From: Isoptericola halotolerans
GTDB lineage: Bacteria > Actinomycetota > Actinomycetes > Actinomycetales > Cellulomonadaceae
Length of the DNA stretch: 64,000 nucleotides
Direction: 5' to 3'
NCBI RefSeq assembly: GCF_013149785.1
Contig: NZ_JABEZU010000002.1
Span: 1 to 64,000, forward strand
The notes under the pieces were generated by a model. It was not told the origin of the DNA. It saw only the letters and a list, made by a program, of their open reading frames with translations, and did not search any database. Of this stretch, positions 31,711-41,417 are shown in pieces (within the stretch, counting starts at the first letter, position 1; each line of letters begins with the position of its first letter). The position numbers were made by a program, and so were the translations under genes.

Positions 31711-34152
31711 ATGTCGACCGAGGCTGCGCAGCAGACCCCGCCCGCCTGGCCCCAGGTCTCCGACCGGGTCGCCGCGCTCCACGCGGAGATGACGCTGGAG
31801 GAGAAGCTCGCCCAGATCGTGGGCTACTGGCTCGACCAGGGCGGCGAGGTCGTCGCCCCGATGCAGGGCGAGATGGCCGCCGGCCAGGCAGGGTCCGACC
31901 GGCTGGGCGAGGTCACGCGGCACGGGATCGGTCACTACACGCGTGTGTACGGCACACGTCCCGTCGACCCTGTCGAGCGGGCCCGCTGGCTGTGGGAGGA
32001 GCAACGCCGCCTCAAGGCGTCGACCCGGCTCGGCATCCCGGCGCTCGTCCACGAGGAGTGCCTCACCGGGCTCGCCGCCTGGAAGGCCGCGACGTTCCCG
32101 ACGCCGCTGGCCTGGGGCGCCTCGTTCGACCCGGCGCTCGTCGAGGAGATGGGTGCCGCGATCGGCGAGTCGATGCGCACCCTCGGCATCCACCAGGGCC
32201 TCGCGCCGGTGCTCGACGTCGTGCAGGACCCCCGGTGGGGCCGCGTCGACGAGTGCATCGCGGAGGACCCCTACGTGGTGGGCACCGTGGGGACGGCGTA
32301 CGTGAAGGGGCTGCAGGCGGCCGGGGTGCACGCCACCCTCAAGCACTTCGTCGGCTACTCCGGCTCGCAGGCCGGGCGCAACCACGCCCCGGTCTCCGCC
32401 GGTCCGCGCGAGGTCGCCGACACGTACCTGCCGCCCTTCGAGATGGCGGTCCGGGACGGTGGTGCGCGGTCCGTCATGGCCTCCTACAACGACCTCGACG
32501 GGGTGCCGAACCACGCGGCCCAGGCGTACCTCACCGATGTCCTGCGTGACCGGTGGGGGTTCGACGGCGTGGTGGTCGCCGACTACTTCGGCGTCGCGTT
32601 CCTGCAGGTCATGCACGCGGTCGCCGCCGATCGCGGTGACGCGGCCGGGCAGGCGCTCGAGGCCGGTCTCGACATCGAGCTGCCCACGGGTGACGCCTTC
32701 CTCGCCCCGCTCGCCGCAGCGGTCCGCGACGGTCGGGTCGACGAGTCGCTCGTCGACCGGGCGGTGCTGCGCGCGCTCGTGCAGAAGGAAGACCTCGGGC
32801 TGCTCGACCTCGACGTCTTCTCCGACGAGCCGCCCACCGTCGTGGACCTCGACTCGCCACGGCACCGGGCGATCGCCCGGCGGCTGGCGGAGGAGTCCGT
32901 GGTGCTGCTGTCCAACGACGGGGTGCTCCCGCTGCGCGGGTGGCCCACGGCGCCCGGTCGGGTCGCCGTCGTCGGGCCCAACGCCCACCGCGCCGACGCG
33001 CTCATGGGCTGCTACTCGTTCGCCAACCACGTGCTCGCCCACCATCCCGAGCACCCGCTCGGCTTCGAGATCCCCACGGTCTTCGAGGCGTTGGGCGGAG
33101 CGTTCGCCGACGCGGGCGTCCGCCAGCCCACGCTGGTGCACGCCCGGGGCTGCGCGGTGGACGGCGACGACACCTCCGGCTTCGGCGAGGCGGTCGCGGC
33201 GGCACGTTCCGCGGACGTCGCCGTCGTCGTCGTCGGCGACCAGGCCGGCCTCTTCGGGCGCGGGACCGTCGGCGAGGGGAACGACGTCGAGTCGCTCGAC
33301 CTGCCGGGCGTGCAGCGTCATCTCGTCGAGGCGCTCGTGGACACCGGCACCCCCGTAGTGATGGCGGTCGTCTCGGGACGCCCGTACGCGATCGACTGGG
33401 CGCTCGACGGCGACCGCCGTCCCGCCGCGGTGCTGCAGGCGTTCTTCCCCGGCGAGGAGGGTGGCACCGCGATCGGTGGGGTGCTCACCGGCTCGGTCAA
33501 CCCCTCCGGCCGCCTGCCCGTCTCGTTGCCGCGGTCCGCCGGCGCCCAGCCGTACACCTACCTGCACCCGGTCCTCGGCGGCCCGAGCGACGTCACCTCG
33601 ACCGACTCGACGCCGACGCGGCCCTTCGGTTTCGGGCTGTCGTACACGCGGTTCGAGCACGGAGAGCTGGACGTCGACGCCACGGCGCCGACCGACGGGT
33701 CGATCACCGCGTCCGTCCGCGTGACCAACACCGGCGACACGGAGGGTGCCGAGGTCGTGCAGCTCTACGGGCGCGACGTCGTCGGCTCGCTGCCGCGCCC
33801 CGTGGTGCAGCTGCTGGCCTACGAGCGGGTCGTGCTGGCACCGGGGGAGTCGGCGGTCGTCGCCTTCTCCGTGCCGACCGCGCGGTTCGCCTTCACCGAC
33901 CGTCTGCTCGAGAAGGTCGTCGAGCCGGGCGAGGTCGAGGTGTGGGTCGGCGCGCACGCCGCCGCGACCGACGGCGACGGGTCGCAGGGCGTCGAGGACT
34001 CGACCGGCGGGGCCATCTCGAACGAGAAGGCGGCAGCCCGGCGAGACCTGCCCGGGACGGCGACCCCGCGTGCGACGGTCGTGCTGACCGGGGAGCGGCA
34101 CGTGGTCACCGCGGACGACCCCCGCCTGGCCACGGCAGCCGTCGCGAGGTAG
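31711..34152 (+). CDS. GH3 glycoside hydrolase, probable beta-xylosidase (BxlA-like)
   Basis: HEECLTG, DPRWGRVDE, TLKHFVG, VVADY nucleophile, GEGND, C-terminal Fn3-like domain. Confidence 0.93.
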   Translation: MSTEAAQQTPPAWPQVSDRVAALHAEMTLEEKLAQIVGYWLDQGGEVVAPMQGEMAAGQAGSDRLGEVTRHGIGHYTRVYGTRPVDPVERARWLWEEQRRLKASTRLGIPALVHEECLTGLAAWKAATFPTPLAWGASFDPALVEEMGAAIGESMRTLGIHQGLAPVLDVVQDPRWGRVDECIAEDPYVVGTVGTAYVKGLQAAGVHATLKHFVGYSGSQAGRNHAPVSAGPREVADTYLPPFEMAVRDGGARSVMASYNDLDGVPNHAAQAYLTDVLRDRWGFDGVVVADYFGVAFLQVMHAVAADRGDAAGQALEAGLDIELPTGDAFLAPLAAAVRDGRVDESLVDRAVLRALVQKEDLGLLDLDVFSDEPPTVVDLDSPRHRAIARRLAEESVVLLSNDGVLPLRGWPTAPGRVAVVGPNAHRADALMGCYSFANHVLAHHPEHPLGFEIPTVFEALGGAFADAGVRQPTLVHARGCAVDGDDTSGFGEAVAAARSADVAVVVVGDQAGLFGRGTVGEGNDVESLDLPGVQRHLVEALVDTGTPVVMAVVSGRPYAIDWALDGDRRPAAVLQAFFPGEEGGTAIGGVLTGSVNPSGRLPVSLPRSAGAQPYTYLHPVLGGPSDVTSTDSTPTRPFGFGLSYTRFEHGELDVDATAPTDGSITASVRVTNTGDTEGAEVVQLYGRDVVGSLPRPVVQLLAYERVVLAPGESAVVAFSVPTARFAFTDRLLEKVVEPGEVEVWVGAHAAATDGDGSQGVEDSTGGAISNEKAAARRDLPGTATPRATVVLTGERHVVTADDPRLATAAVAR

Positions 34153-34184
34153 GGGCCGACGGCGGCCCGTGGCAGAGTGGTCGG

Positions 34185-34544
34185 ATGCGGGTCGACATCT
34201 GGTTGTGGGCGGTGCGGCTCTTCAAGAGCCGCTCCGTCGCCGCCTCCACGCTGCGTGCGGGCCGGGTCCGGGTCAACGGCAAGGTCGCCAAGCCGGCGAC
34301 CACGGTCGCGGTCGGCGACCGCATCACGTGGCGGGACCTGCTGCGCGAGCGCGTCGTCGTCGTGCGTGAGCTGCTCCCCAAGCGGGTCGGTGCGCCGATC
34401 GCCGTCAAGGCCTACCTCGACCAGAGCCCACCCGTGCCGACGCGGGAGGAGCGTGCCGCCGTCGGGCTGCGGGAGCGCGGTGCGGGGCGGCCCACCAAGC
34501 GGGAGCGCCGCGAGATCGACAAGCTCCGCGGGCGGCGCTCCTAG
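34185..34544 (+). CDS. S4-domain RNA-binding protein, Hsp15 (HslR)-like
   Basis: MRVDIWLWAVRLFKSRS...GRPTKRERR. Confidence 0.92.
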   Translation: MRVDIWLWAVRLFKSRSVAASTLRAGRVRVNGKVAKPATTVAVGDRITWRDLLRERVVVVRELLPKRVGAPIAVKAYLDQSPPVPTREERAAVGLRERGAGRPTKRERREIDKLRGRRS

Positions 34545-34633
34545 CGTCCCGGCGCCGGCACCGCGGCTGCGGCGGCCGGGACGAGCACTCTACCCGTCCG
34601 GTGCGGGACTTTGACGGGGGCTACTGTCGCCTC

Positions 34634-35770
34634 ATGGTGAGCGAAAGAGTCCGGGACCTCCTGGCCGACCAACCGGTGTGGGACGGGCACAACGACCTCG
34701 CGTGGGAGGCTCGTGAGCAGGTCGGGTACGACTGGGACCGGCTCGACATCTCCGGCTCCACCAAGGGCCGCACGCACACCGACATCCCGCGGCTGCGCGC
34801 CGGGGGAGTCGGCGCGCAGTTCTGGTCGGTCTACGTGCCGACCACCCTGCCCGGTGCGGAGGCGGTGGTCGCGACGATGGAGCAGATCGACGCCGTCCAC
34901 CGCATGGTGGCGCGCAACACCGACCAGCTCCAGCTCGCGGTGAGCGCCGACGACGTCGAGGAGGCCTGGGCGCACGGCCGGATCGCGAGCCTGCTCGGCG
35001 CCGAGGGCGGGCACTCCATCGACGGCTCGCTCGGGGTGCTGCGCATGTTCTGCTCCCTGGGCGTGTCCTACATGACCCTCACGCACAACGACAGCACCGC
35101 CTGGGCGGACTCCGCCACCGACGTGCCGAGCGACCACGGCGGGCTCAGCGGTTTCGGCCGCGAGGTCGTGCGCGAGATGAACAAGCTGGGGATGCTCGTC
35201 GACCTCTCCCACGTCGCCGTCGGCACCATGCACGCCGCGCTCGACGTCAGCGAGGCGCCCGTGATCTTCTCGCACTCCAGCGCACGCGCCGTCTGCGACG
35301 TGTCCCGCAACGTGCCCGACGACGTCCTGTCACGCCTCGCGGACAACGGGGGTGTCTGCATGGTCACCTTCGTGCCGCACTTCGTCACGCCCGAGGTCGC
35401 ACGGTGGAAGGCCGCAGCCGACGAAGCGGCGACGGCGGAGGGGATCCGCGGTGGCGACTACCCGCGGTTCAGCGCCTTCCTCTCCCGGTGGCGCGAGCGC
35501 TACCCGGCCCCGCCCACCCGGCTCGACGACGTCGTCGCCCACGTGGAGCACGTGCGGGAGGTCGCCGGTATCGAGCACGTCGGCCTCGGCGGCGACTACG
35601 ACGGCGCGGACGGGTTCGCGCCCGAGCTGGCGGACGTCTCCGGGTACCCCGCCCTGCTGGAGGCGCTCGCGGACCGTGGCTGGTCCGACGAGGACCTCGG
35701 TCAGCTCACCAGCCGCAACATGCTGCGGGTCATGCGCAACGCCGAGGCGGTGGCGACCCGGCTGCACTGA
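34634..35770 (+). CDS. M19-family dipeptidase
   Basis: DGHNDL, QFWSVY, GAEGGH, TLTHN, DLSH, FSHSSA, GGDYDG. Confidence 0.95.
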   Translation: MVSERVRDLLADQPVWDGHNDLAWEAREQVGYDWDRLDISGSTKGRTHTDIPRLRAGGVGAQFWSVYVPTTLPGAEAVVATMEQIDAVHRMVARNTDQLQLAVSADDVEEAWAHGRIASLLGAEGGHSIDGSLGVLRMFCSLGVSYMTLTHNDSTAWADSATDVPSDHGGLSGFGREVVREMNKLGMLVDLSHVAVGTMHAALDVSEAPVIFSHSSARAVCDVSRNVPDDVLSRLADNGGVCMVTFVPHFVTPEVARWKAAADEAATAEGIRGGDYPRFSAFLSRWRERYPAPPTRLDDVVAHVEHVREVAGIEHVGLGGDYDGADGFAPELADVSGYPALLEALADRGWSDEDLGQLTSRNMLRVMRNAEAVATRLH

Positions 35771-35818
35771 CGATGCCGGCCGTCGGACCGTCGTGAGCGC
35801 GGCCGGGCGGCGGCGCCG

Positions 35819-36079
35819 TCAGACGCCCAGCGTGCGGGCGGACCAGGACAGGCCGAGCGCCTGCAGCACCTCGGCGGGGTCCCGCTCGGCCGCGTCGGAG
35901 TAGGCGCGCAGCGACATCACGGACGCCGTGAGCATGGTCGTCATGACCTGACGGGCGAGCTGCGGGTCCTGCCCGGCCTCGTCGAGAAGCTCCTGGACGA
36001 TCCGTGAGCGGATGCCCAGGTCCGGGTCGGTGCACGCCGTCAAGAGTGCGATGGTGGTCGCCCCAGCCTCGTTCTGCAT
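35819..36079 (-). CDS. Small hypothetical helical protein
   Basis: 86-aa ORF with protein-like composition filling the intergenic gap. Confidence 0.55.
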   Translation of the reverse strand: MQNEAGATTIALLTACTDPDLGIRSRIVQELLDEAGQDPQLARQVMTTMLTASVMSLRAYSDAAERDPAEVLQALGLSWSARTLGV

Positions 36080-36240
36080 GCCATCCCCCGATGTCAAGAC
36101 CCGATGTCTCCGGTCTACCGCACCGGCGAGGGCCGCGCGACCCGAGGAGACGGTTCAGATACCGATCGGTCAATGCGGTCCCGCTACCATCACTCGCGGT
36201 GGCCACCGGGTCGCCGCAGGATCAACACGACGGAGCAGAC

Positions 36241-38253
36241 GTGGCGCGCGCGGACCGGACGAGACGATCGGGGCGCCTGCTCCACCGCACGACGATCGGT
36301 GTGCTCACGCTCGCCCTGGCGATCTGCGGGCTGGTCGTCGCCCCCGGCGCCGTGGCGCCGGCGTCGGCCGTGGACGGCCTCACCGAGGAGTCCCGCGCCC
36401 GGTACGTCGTCACGGCGAAGGGCGGGGTGAGCGCAGAGGTCACCACCACCATCACCAACGTCACCCCGAACCGCGGCGGGTACACGTACTACTTCGAGGG
36501 CTATGCCGTCGCGGTGCCCGCCAGCGCGGAGAACGTGCGGGCCACCAGCGGCGGCACCGCGCTGACCGTCCGGCTCGAGGACGTCCCCGAGGACCCCGAC
36601 ACCCGGCGGGCCACCGCGAGGTTCCCCGCACTGAACTACGGCCGGACGCGCACGATCGAGTGGACCTACGAGATCGGCGGGTCGCCGATCCGCTCCGAGC
36701 GGTGGACGCGCGTCGGACCCGGCTATGCCACCTTCGCCGCCCAGGCGGCCGGAGACCCGGGCAGGACCAGCGTCGAGGTGGTGGTGCCGAGATCGATGAC
36801 GTTCGACGCCACCACCGACTTCACCACCGAGCGGCGGGGCAAGCGGAGCGTCTACTCCCTCGACCGGCACACCGACGAGTGGGGCATCTGGGCCGCGGTG
36901 TCGGTGCGTGACCCGGGGCAGGCCGACGAGGAGGAGGTCGCCGTGGGGGACGCCACCCTGACGCTGCAGAGCTTCCCCGGCGACGACGCCTGGCGGGAGT
37001 TCGCCGCCGACCGCATCACGGTGGGCCTGCCGGTGCTGGAGGGCTACCTCGGTGCACCGTGGCCCGGACGCATCGACGTCGTCCGCGAGGACGTCTCCCC
37101 GATGGTCCTCGGCTACGCCTGGTTCGACGACGCCGGCAACGAGATCGTGCTGGGCGAGGAGCTCGACGAGGCCACGCTCTTCCACGAGCTCGGTCACGCC
37201 TGGATCGACGACACCCGGTTCGAGGGACGCTGGCTCTACGAGGGGCTGACCGAGACGACCGCGCACCGGGTGATCGACGCCGTCGGCGGCGAGGGCGAAC
37301 CGCGCAAGGCCCCCAAGCGCGGGTCCAAGGCTGCCCTGCCGCTGCTGGAGTGGACCGAGTCGGAGCGCGAGCCGGACACCGAGACGTACGCCTACGCGGC
37401 CTCGTACGTCGCGGTGCACACCATGCTCGGAGACCTCGACGACGACGTGTTCACCGAGGTCCTGTCCGCCGCCTACGCGGGCGAGGGCGCCTACGAGCTG
37501 CCCGCTTCGCGGGAGAACCGTGGTCGGGTGGACTGGCAGCGGTTCCTCGACCTCGTCGCCGAGCGCGGCGGGGTGGACGGCACGGAGGTCTACGAGAAGT
37601 GGGTCGTCGACGGTCGCGAGAAGGACGTGCTCGCCGAGCGCACCGACGCCCGCGCGGCCTACGCCGACCTCGACGAGGCCGACGGCGCGTGGCAGCCGCC
37701 GCGCGGGCTGCGGCGCGCCATGACCGACTGGGACTTCGCCGAGGCGGCCACCGCCGTCGAGACGCTGGAACCGGTCGCGGCGGCCGCCGTCGAGGTGCAG
37801 GACGCCGCAGAGACCACCGGGCTCGACGTGCCGCAGACCGTCCGCGCCGCCTATGAGGACGCCACCGACTACCGAGCTCTCGCGACCCTGCTGCCGCAGG
37901 CCGCCGCCACGATCGAGCAGGTCAGCGACGTCTCCGACGCGGTCGCCGCCCAGGGCGACCCCGTCACCGAGCTCGGCGAGACGCTGCTCGACGTCGAGGA
38001 GCTGGCGGCCGAGTCGCGTGCCGCCCTCGACGCCGGAGAGCTCGACCGGGCGTCGGCTCTCGCGGACGAGGCCACCACGCAGGCGGACCGGGCGCTGTGG
38101 GTCGGGCTCGGCGTCGTCGTCGGCGGGCTGCTCCTGCTCGCCCTGCTGGTGCTCGTGCCGGTGCTGCTGGTGCGGCGGCGCCGTCGCCGGCCGGTGGTCC
38201 TCACCGCACCGCAGGTGGTGGCCGTGATCCCCGCACCGTCCGCCCGGGGGTAG
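36241..38253 (+). CDS. Secreted, C-terminally membrane-anchored gluzincin (clan MA) metallopeptidase-like protein
   Basis: Signal peptide ending APASA; FHELGHAW...WLYEGLTE; C-terminal TM followed by RRRRRR. Confidence 0.75.
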   Translation: MARADRTRRSGRLLHRTTIGVLTLALAICGLVVAPGAVAPASAVDGLTEESRARYVVTAKGGVSAEVTTTITNVTPNRGGYTYYFEGYAVAVPASAENVRATSGGTALTVRLEDVPEDPDTRRATARFPALNYGRTRTIEWTYEIGGSPIRSERWTRVGPGYATFAAQAAGDPGRTSVEVVVPRSMTFDATTDFTTERRGKRSVYSLDRHTDEWGIWAAVSVRDPGQADEEEVAVGDATLTLQSFPGDDAWREFAADRITVGLPVLEGYLGAPWPGRIDVVREDVSPMVLGYAWFDDAGNEIVLGEELDEATLFHELGHAWIDDTRFEGRWLYEGLTETTAHRVIDAVGGEGEPRKAPKRGSKAALPLLEWTESEREPDTETYAYAASYVAVHTMLGDLDDDVFTEVLSAAYAGEGAYELPASRENRGRVDWQRFLDLVAERGGVDGTEVYEKWVVDGREKDVLAERTDARAAYADLDEADGAWQPPRGLRRAMTDWDFAEAATAVETLEPVAAAAVEVQDAAETTGLDVPQTVRAAYEDATDYRALATLLPQAAATIEQVSDVSDAVAAQGDPVTELGETLLDVEELAAESRAALDAGELDRASALADEATTQADRALWVGLGVVVGGLLLLALLVLVPVLLVRRRRRRPVVLTAPQVVAVIPAPSARG

Positions 38254-38270
38254 GGAGGGCGGTGCCCGGA

Positions 38271-38332
38271 TCGGGACCTTGGTCCCTGCTCCGTGGGCCG
38301 ACGTACCCCCAGGTCAGGGCCGTTCCACCCTG
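38271..38332. promoter_or_regulatory. Three phased DosR/DevR-type boxes
   Basis: GGGACCTTGGTCCC at 38273 plus GGG-N8-CCC at 38295 and 38317 (22-bp period). Confidence 0.75.
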
Positions 38333-38424
38333 CCGCCACCCGGTGCCCGACGGCGACGCTGGTCTCGTCGCACGGGATCGACCCGCGTGACGGGAGCCGG
38401 GTCGTCCGGCCAGAGGAGGACATC

Positions 38425-38967
38425 ATGACCACCGCCGTCCGGGGTCCGCAGTCGATCCCCACCACGCCGGAGCACACCGGGCTCTCGCCCGCCGCCGCGT
38501 ACACCTTCGCGGTGCTCCGCCTGCTCATCGCCTTCCAGTTCCTGTGGGCCTTCGCGGACAAGACGTTCGGTCTGGGGCTGGCGACGCCGGCCGAGAACGC
38601 CTGGGTCGCCGGCGGCTCGCCGACGATGGGGTTCCTCAGCAACGTCGAGGGCCCGTTCGCCGGGTTCTTCGGGGCGCTCGCCGGCGTCGCCGTCGTCGAC
38701 TGGCTGTTCATGCTCGGCCTGCTCGGCATCGGCCTGGCCTTCGCGCTGGGGATCGGGATGCGCGTCGCCGCCGTCTCGGGTGCCGTCATGCTGGTCATGA
38801 TGTGGATGGCCGCGCTGCCCATCGAGGTCAACCCGTTCCTGGACGACCACCTCATCGAGGCCGTCCTCCTGATCGGCCTGGCCGCCGTCGCCGCGGGCGA
38901 CACGCTCGGCCTGGGGCGTCGCTGGGCCGCGACGGACCTGGTCCAGCGCTACCCGATCCTGCGCTGA
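38425..38967 (+). CDS. DoxX-family membrane protein
   Basis: RLLIAFQFLWAFADKTFGLG, AWVAGGSPT, NPFLDDH. Confidence 0.85.
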   Translation: MTTAVRGPQSIPTTPEHTGLSPAAAYTFAVLRLLIAFQFLWAFADKTFGLGLATPAENAWVAGGSPTMGFLSNVEGPFAGFFGALAGVAVVDWLFMLGLLGIGLAFALGIGMRVAAVSGAVMLVMMWMAALPIEVNPFLDDHLIEAVLLIGLAAVAAGDTLGLGRRWAATDLVQRYPILR

Positions 38968-38985
38968 GTGCGTAGCGTGGTCGCC

Positions 38986-39630
38986 ATGAGCGAGCAGCCC
39001 GTGCGGGTCTTCCTCGTGGACGACCACGAGATCGTCCGCCGTGGTGTCGCCGACCTCCTCGAGGCCGAACCCGACCTCGAGGTCGTCGGCGAGGCAGGGT
39101 CCGCCTCCGCAGCGCTGGCCCGCATCCCGGCGCTGCGGCCGGACGTCGCCGTGCTGGACGTCCGGCTCCCCGACGGCGACGGCGTCAGCGTGTGCCGCGA
39201 GCTGCGGTCCACCACCGACGTCGCCTGCCTCATGCTCACGTCGTTCGACGACGACGAGGCGCTGTTCGACGCGATCCTCGCCGGCGCGGCGGGGTACGTC
39301 CTCAAGCAGGTGCGCGGCAACGACCTGCTGTCGGCGATCCGCACGGTCGCGGCCGGCGGGTCCACCCTGGACCCGCGGGCGGCCCGGTTGGTGATGGAGC
39401 GCATGCGCGCCCAGGACCAGCCGGACGCCGACCCGCTGGCGGACCTGACGGACCAGGAGCGCCGGGTGCTGGCGCTCATCGGGCAGGGCCTCACCAACCG
39501 CCAGATCGGTGCCGAGCTGTACCTGGCGGAGAAGACCGTCAAGAACTACGTGTCCAGCGTCCTGGCGAAGCTGGGCCTGGAGCGGCGGGTGCAGGCGGCC
39601 GTGCTCGCCACCCGCCTCGAACGGCCCTGA
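38986..39630 (+). CDS. NarL-family response regulator, DosR/DevR-like
   Basis: [46 protein letters not shown]. Confidence 0.92.
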   Translation: MSEQPVRVFLVDDHEIVRRGVADLLEAEPDLEVVGEAGSASAALARIPALRPDVAVLDVRLPDGDGVSVCRELRSTTDVACLMLTSFDDDEALFDAILAGAAGYVLKQVRGNDLLSAIRTVAAGGSTLDPRAARLVMERMRAQDQPDADPLADLTDQERRVLALIGQGLTNRQIGAELYLAEKTVKNYVSSVLAKLGLERRVQAAVLATRLERP

Positions 39631-39671
39631 GCCGGCGCCGCCGAGCAGGCAGCCCTCGGCCCCCGCCGCTG

Positions 39672-41291
39672 CTACGAGCGCAGCGGGACGCTCCAGCGCA
39701 GCAGCGTCCCGGGTCCGGCGGCCTCGACGCCGAAGGACCCTTCCAGCTCCTGCGCGCGACGCTCGAGGTTCGCCAGTCCGCTGCGCTGCGCCCCGTCCGG
39801 CAGGCCGCGCCCGTCGTCGCGCACCGTGAGGGTGACGTCGTCCCCGGCCAGAAGGTCCACGCTCACGCGACGAGCCCCGGCGTGGCGGGCGACGTTCGAC
39901 AGCGCCTCGCGCAGCACCGCCACCAGGTGGTCCGCCACGTCCGCGGGCACGAGGGTGTCCACGGGGCCGGCCATGTGCAGCGCCGGCGTGAAGCCGAGGG
40001 TGCGGGAGGCGGCGTCCGTCTCGGCGACGAGCCGGGCCCGGACCCCGACGCGACGCCCGCTGCCGGTGGAAGGTCGCAGCCCGCGGATGGTGGTGCGGAT
40101 GAGGCTGATCGTCTCGTCCAGGTCGTCGACCGCCCGGTCGACCCGTTCGGCGTCGGCGGGAGCGTCGTCCTGCAGCCGTCGGCCGACGCCCTCCAACGAC
40201 AGCCCCGTGGCGTACAGGCGTTGGATCGCCAGGTCGTGCAGGTCGCGGGCGATCCGGTCCCGGTCGCGCACGACCGCGAGCCGTTCGGCGTCGCGCCGAC
40301 GTTCGGCGAGCTCGAGCGCGACCGCCGCCTGGGCGGCGAACGCCGCCAGCGCGTCGACGACCACCCGCGGGAACGGCGGGGTGCCGAGCCGACGCCCGAC
40401 CGTGAGGACGCCGATCGTCCGGCCCGGGCCCCCGAGCGGGAGCGCGGCGAGCGGCCCGACGACGCTGGGCGGGTTGAACGAGATCATCTGACGCTGGTCC
40501 GAGGCGGCGTCGTGCGTGACGACCGGCCGCCCGGAGGTGTAGGCCTCCGCGGCGAAGGTGCCCTCCAGGGTGACCTCGGTGCCGACGAGCCCGCCGGTGC
40601 CCGGCCCGAGCGCGGAGCGGACACCCAAGCGGTCGGGTGCCTCGTCGTCGATGGTGGCGAGCACGGCGACGTCCGCGGCGGCGACCTGCAGCGCCTCGCG
40701 AGCGACGGCGTCGAGCACCTCCCGGGGTGCGTCGCCCTCCAGGACCCGGCGCGAGATCTCGTCGTTGCCGTGCGCCCACCGTTCGCGCAGGCGGGCCTCG
40801 TCGTAGAGGCGGGCGTTCTCGACGGCGACGCTGGCCGCCGAGGCCAGGGCCTCCACGAGCCGTTGGTCCTCGGCGGTGAACTCGTGCCCGCCGCGCTTGT
40901 CGGTGAGGTAGAGGTTGCCGAACGCACTGTCTCGGACCTGCAGCGGCACGCCCAGGAAGGTGCGCATCGGCGGGTGGTGGTCGGGGAACCCGACCGAGCG
41001 GTGGTCCGCGGCCATGTCGGGCAGGCGCAGCGGGACGGGGTGCCGGATCAGCTCGCCGAGCAGCCCGCGCCCCCGCGGGTACGGGCCGATGGCGCGGATC
41101 TCGTCCTCGGTGAGGCCGACGGTGAGGAACTGCGCGATCTGCCCGTCCTCGCCGAGGATCCCGAGGGCGGCGTAGCGCGCGTCCGCGACGTCGGCCGCCG
41201 CCTGGACGACCCGGTGCAGGGTGGTCTCCAGGTCGAGACCACGCCCGACCGACAGCACCGCTCCCAGCAGGAGGTCCGCGTCGTCGGTCAT
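39672..41291 (-). CDS. GAF-GAF sensor histidine kinase, DosS/DevS-like
   Basis: GFPDHHPPMRTFLGVP heme-GAF motif, DRDRIARDLHD H-box, EALSNVARH, DDGRG. Confidence 0.92.
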   Translation of the reverse strand: MTDDADLLLGAVLSVGRGLDLETTLHRVVQAAADVADARYAALGILGEDGQIAQFLTVGLTEDEIRAIGPYPRGRGLLGELIRHPVPLRLPDMAADHRSVGFPDHHPPMRTFLGVPLQVRDSAFGNLYLTDKRGGHEFTAEDQRLVEALASAASVAVENARLYDEARLRERWAHGNDEISRRVLEGDAPREVLDAVAREALQVAAADVAVLATIDDEAPDRLGVRSALGPGTGGLVGTEVTLEGTFAAEAYTSGRPVVTHDAASDQRQMISFNPPSVVGPLAALPLGGPGRTIGVLTVGRRLGTPPFPRVVVDALAAFAAQAAVALELAERRRDAERLAVVRDRDRIARDLHDLAIQRLYATGLSLEGVGRRLQDDAPADAERVDRAVDDLDETISLIRTTIRGLRPSTGSGRRVGVRARLVAETDAASRTLGFTPALHMAGPVDTLVPADVADHLVAVLREALSNVARHAGARRVSVDLLAGDDVTLTVRDDGRGLPDGAQRSGLANLERRAQELEGSFGVEAAGPGTLLRWSVPLRS

Positions 41292-41324
41292 GCCCTCACG
41301 CTAGCGGTGCCTCGGCTGTCCGGC

Positions 41325-41364
41325 CCGGGACCTTGGTCCCGCACGTCCGGGCCGAGGGCCCCTT
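41325..41364. promoter_or_regulatory. Two phased DosR/DevR-type boxes
   Basis: GGGACCTTGGTCCC at 41327 (identical to 38273) plus GGG-N8-CCC at 41349. Confidence 0.75.
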
Positions 41365-41417
41365 CTGCCGGTGCCCGCCCACGTGGCGTACTGGAGTCCT
41401 CAGAGAGGGAGGACGCC

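Noticed and set aside
34545..34583. Hairpin after the Hsp15-like gene as a terminator
   Set aside because: 9-bp GC stem with long loop and no U-tract; too likely by chance at this GC content.
39192..41417. Upstream part of the 1049-aa ORF fused to the USP
   Set aside because: Overlaps the regulator off-frame and the kinase antisense; USP has its own GGAGG RBS and ATG at 41418.
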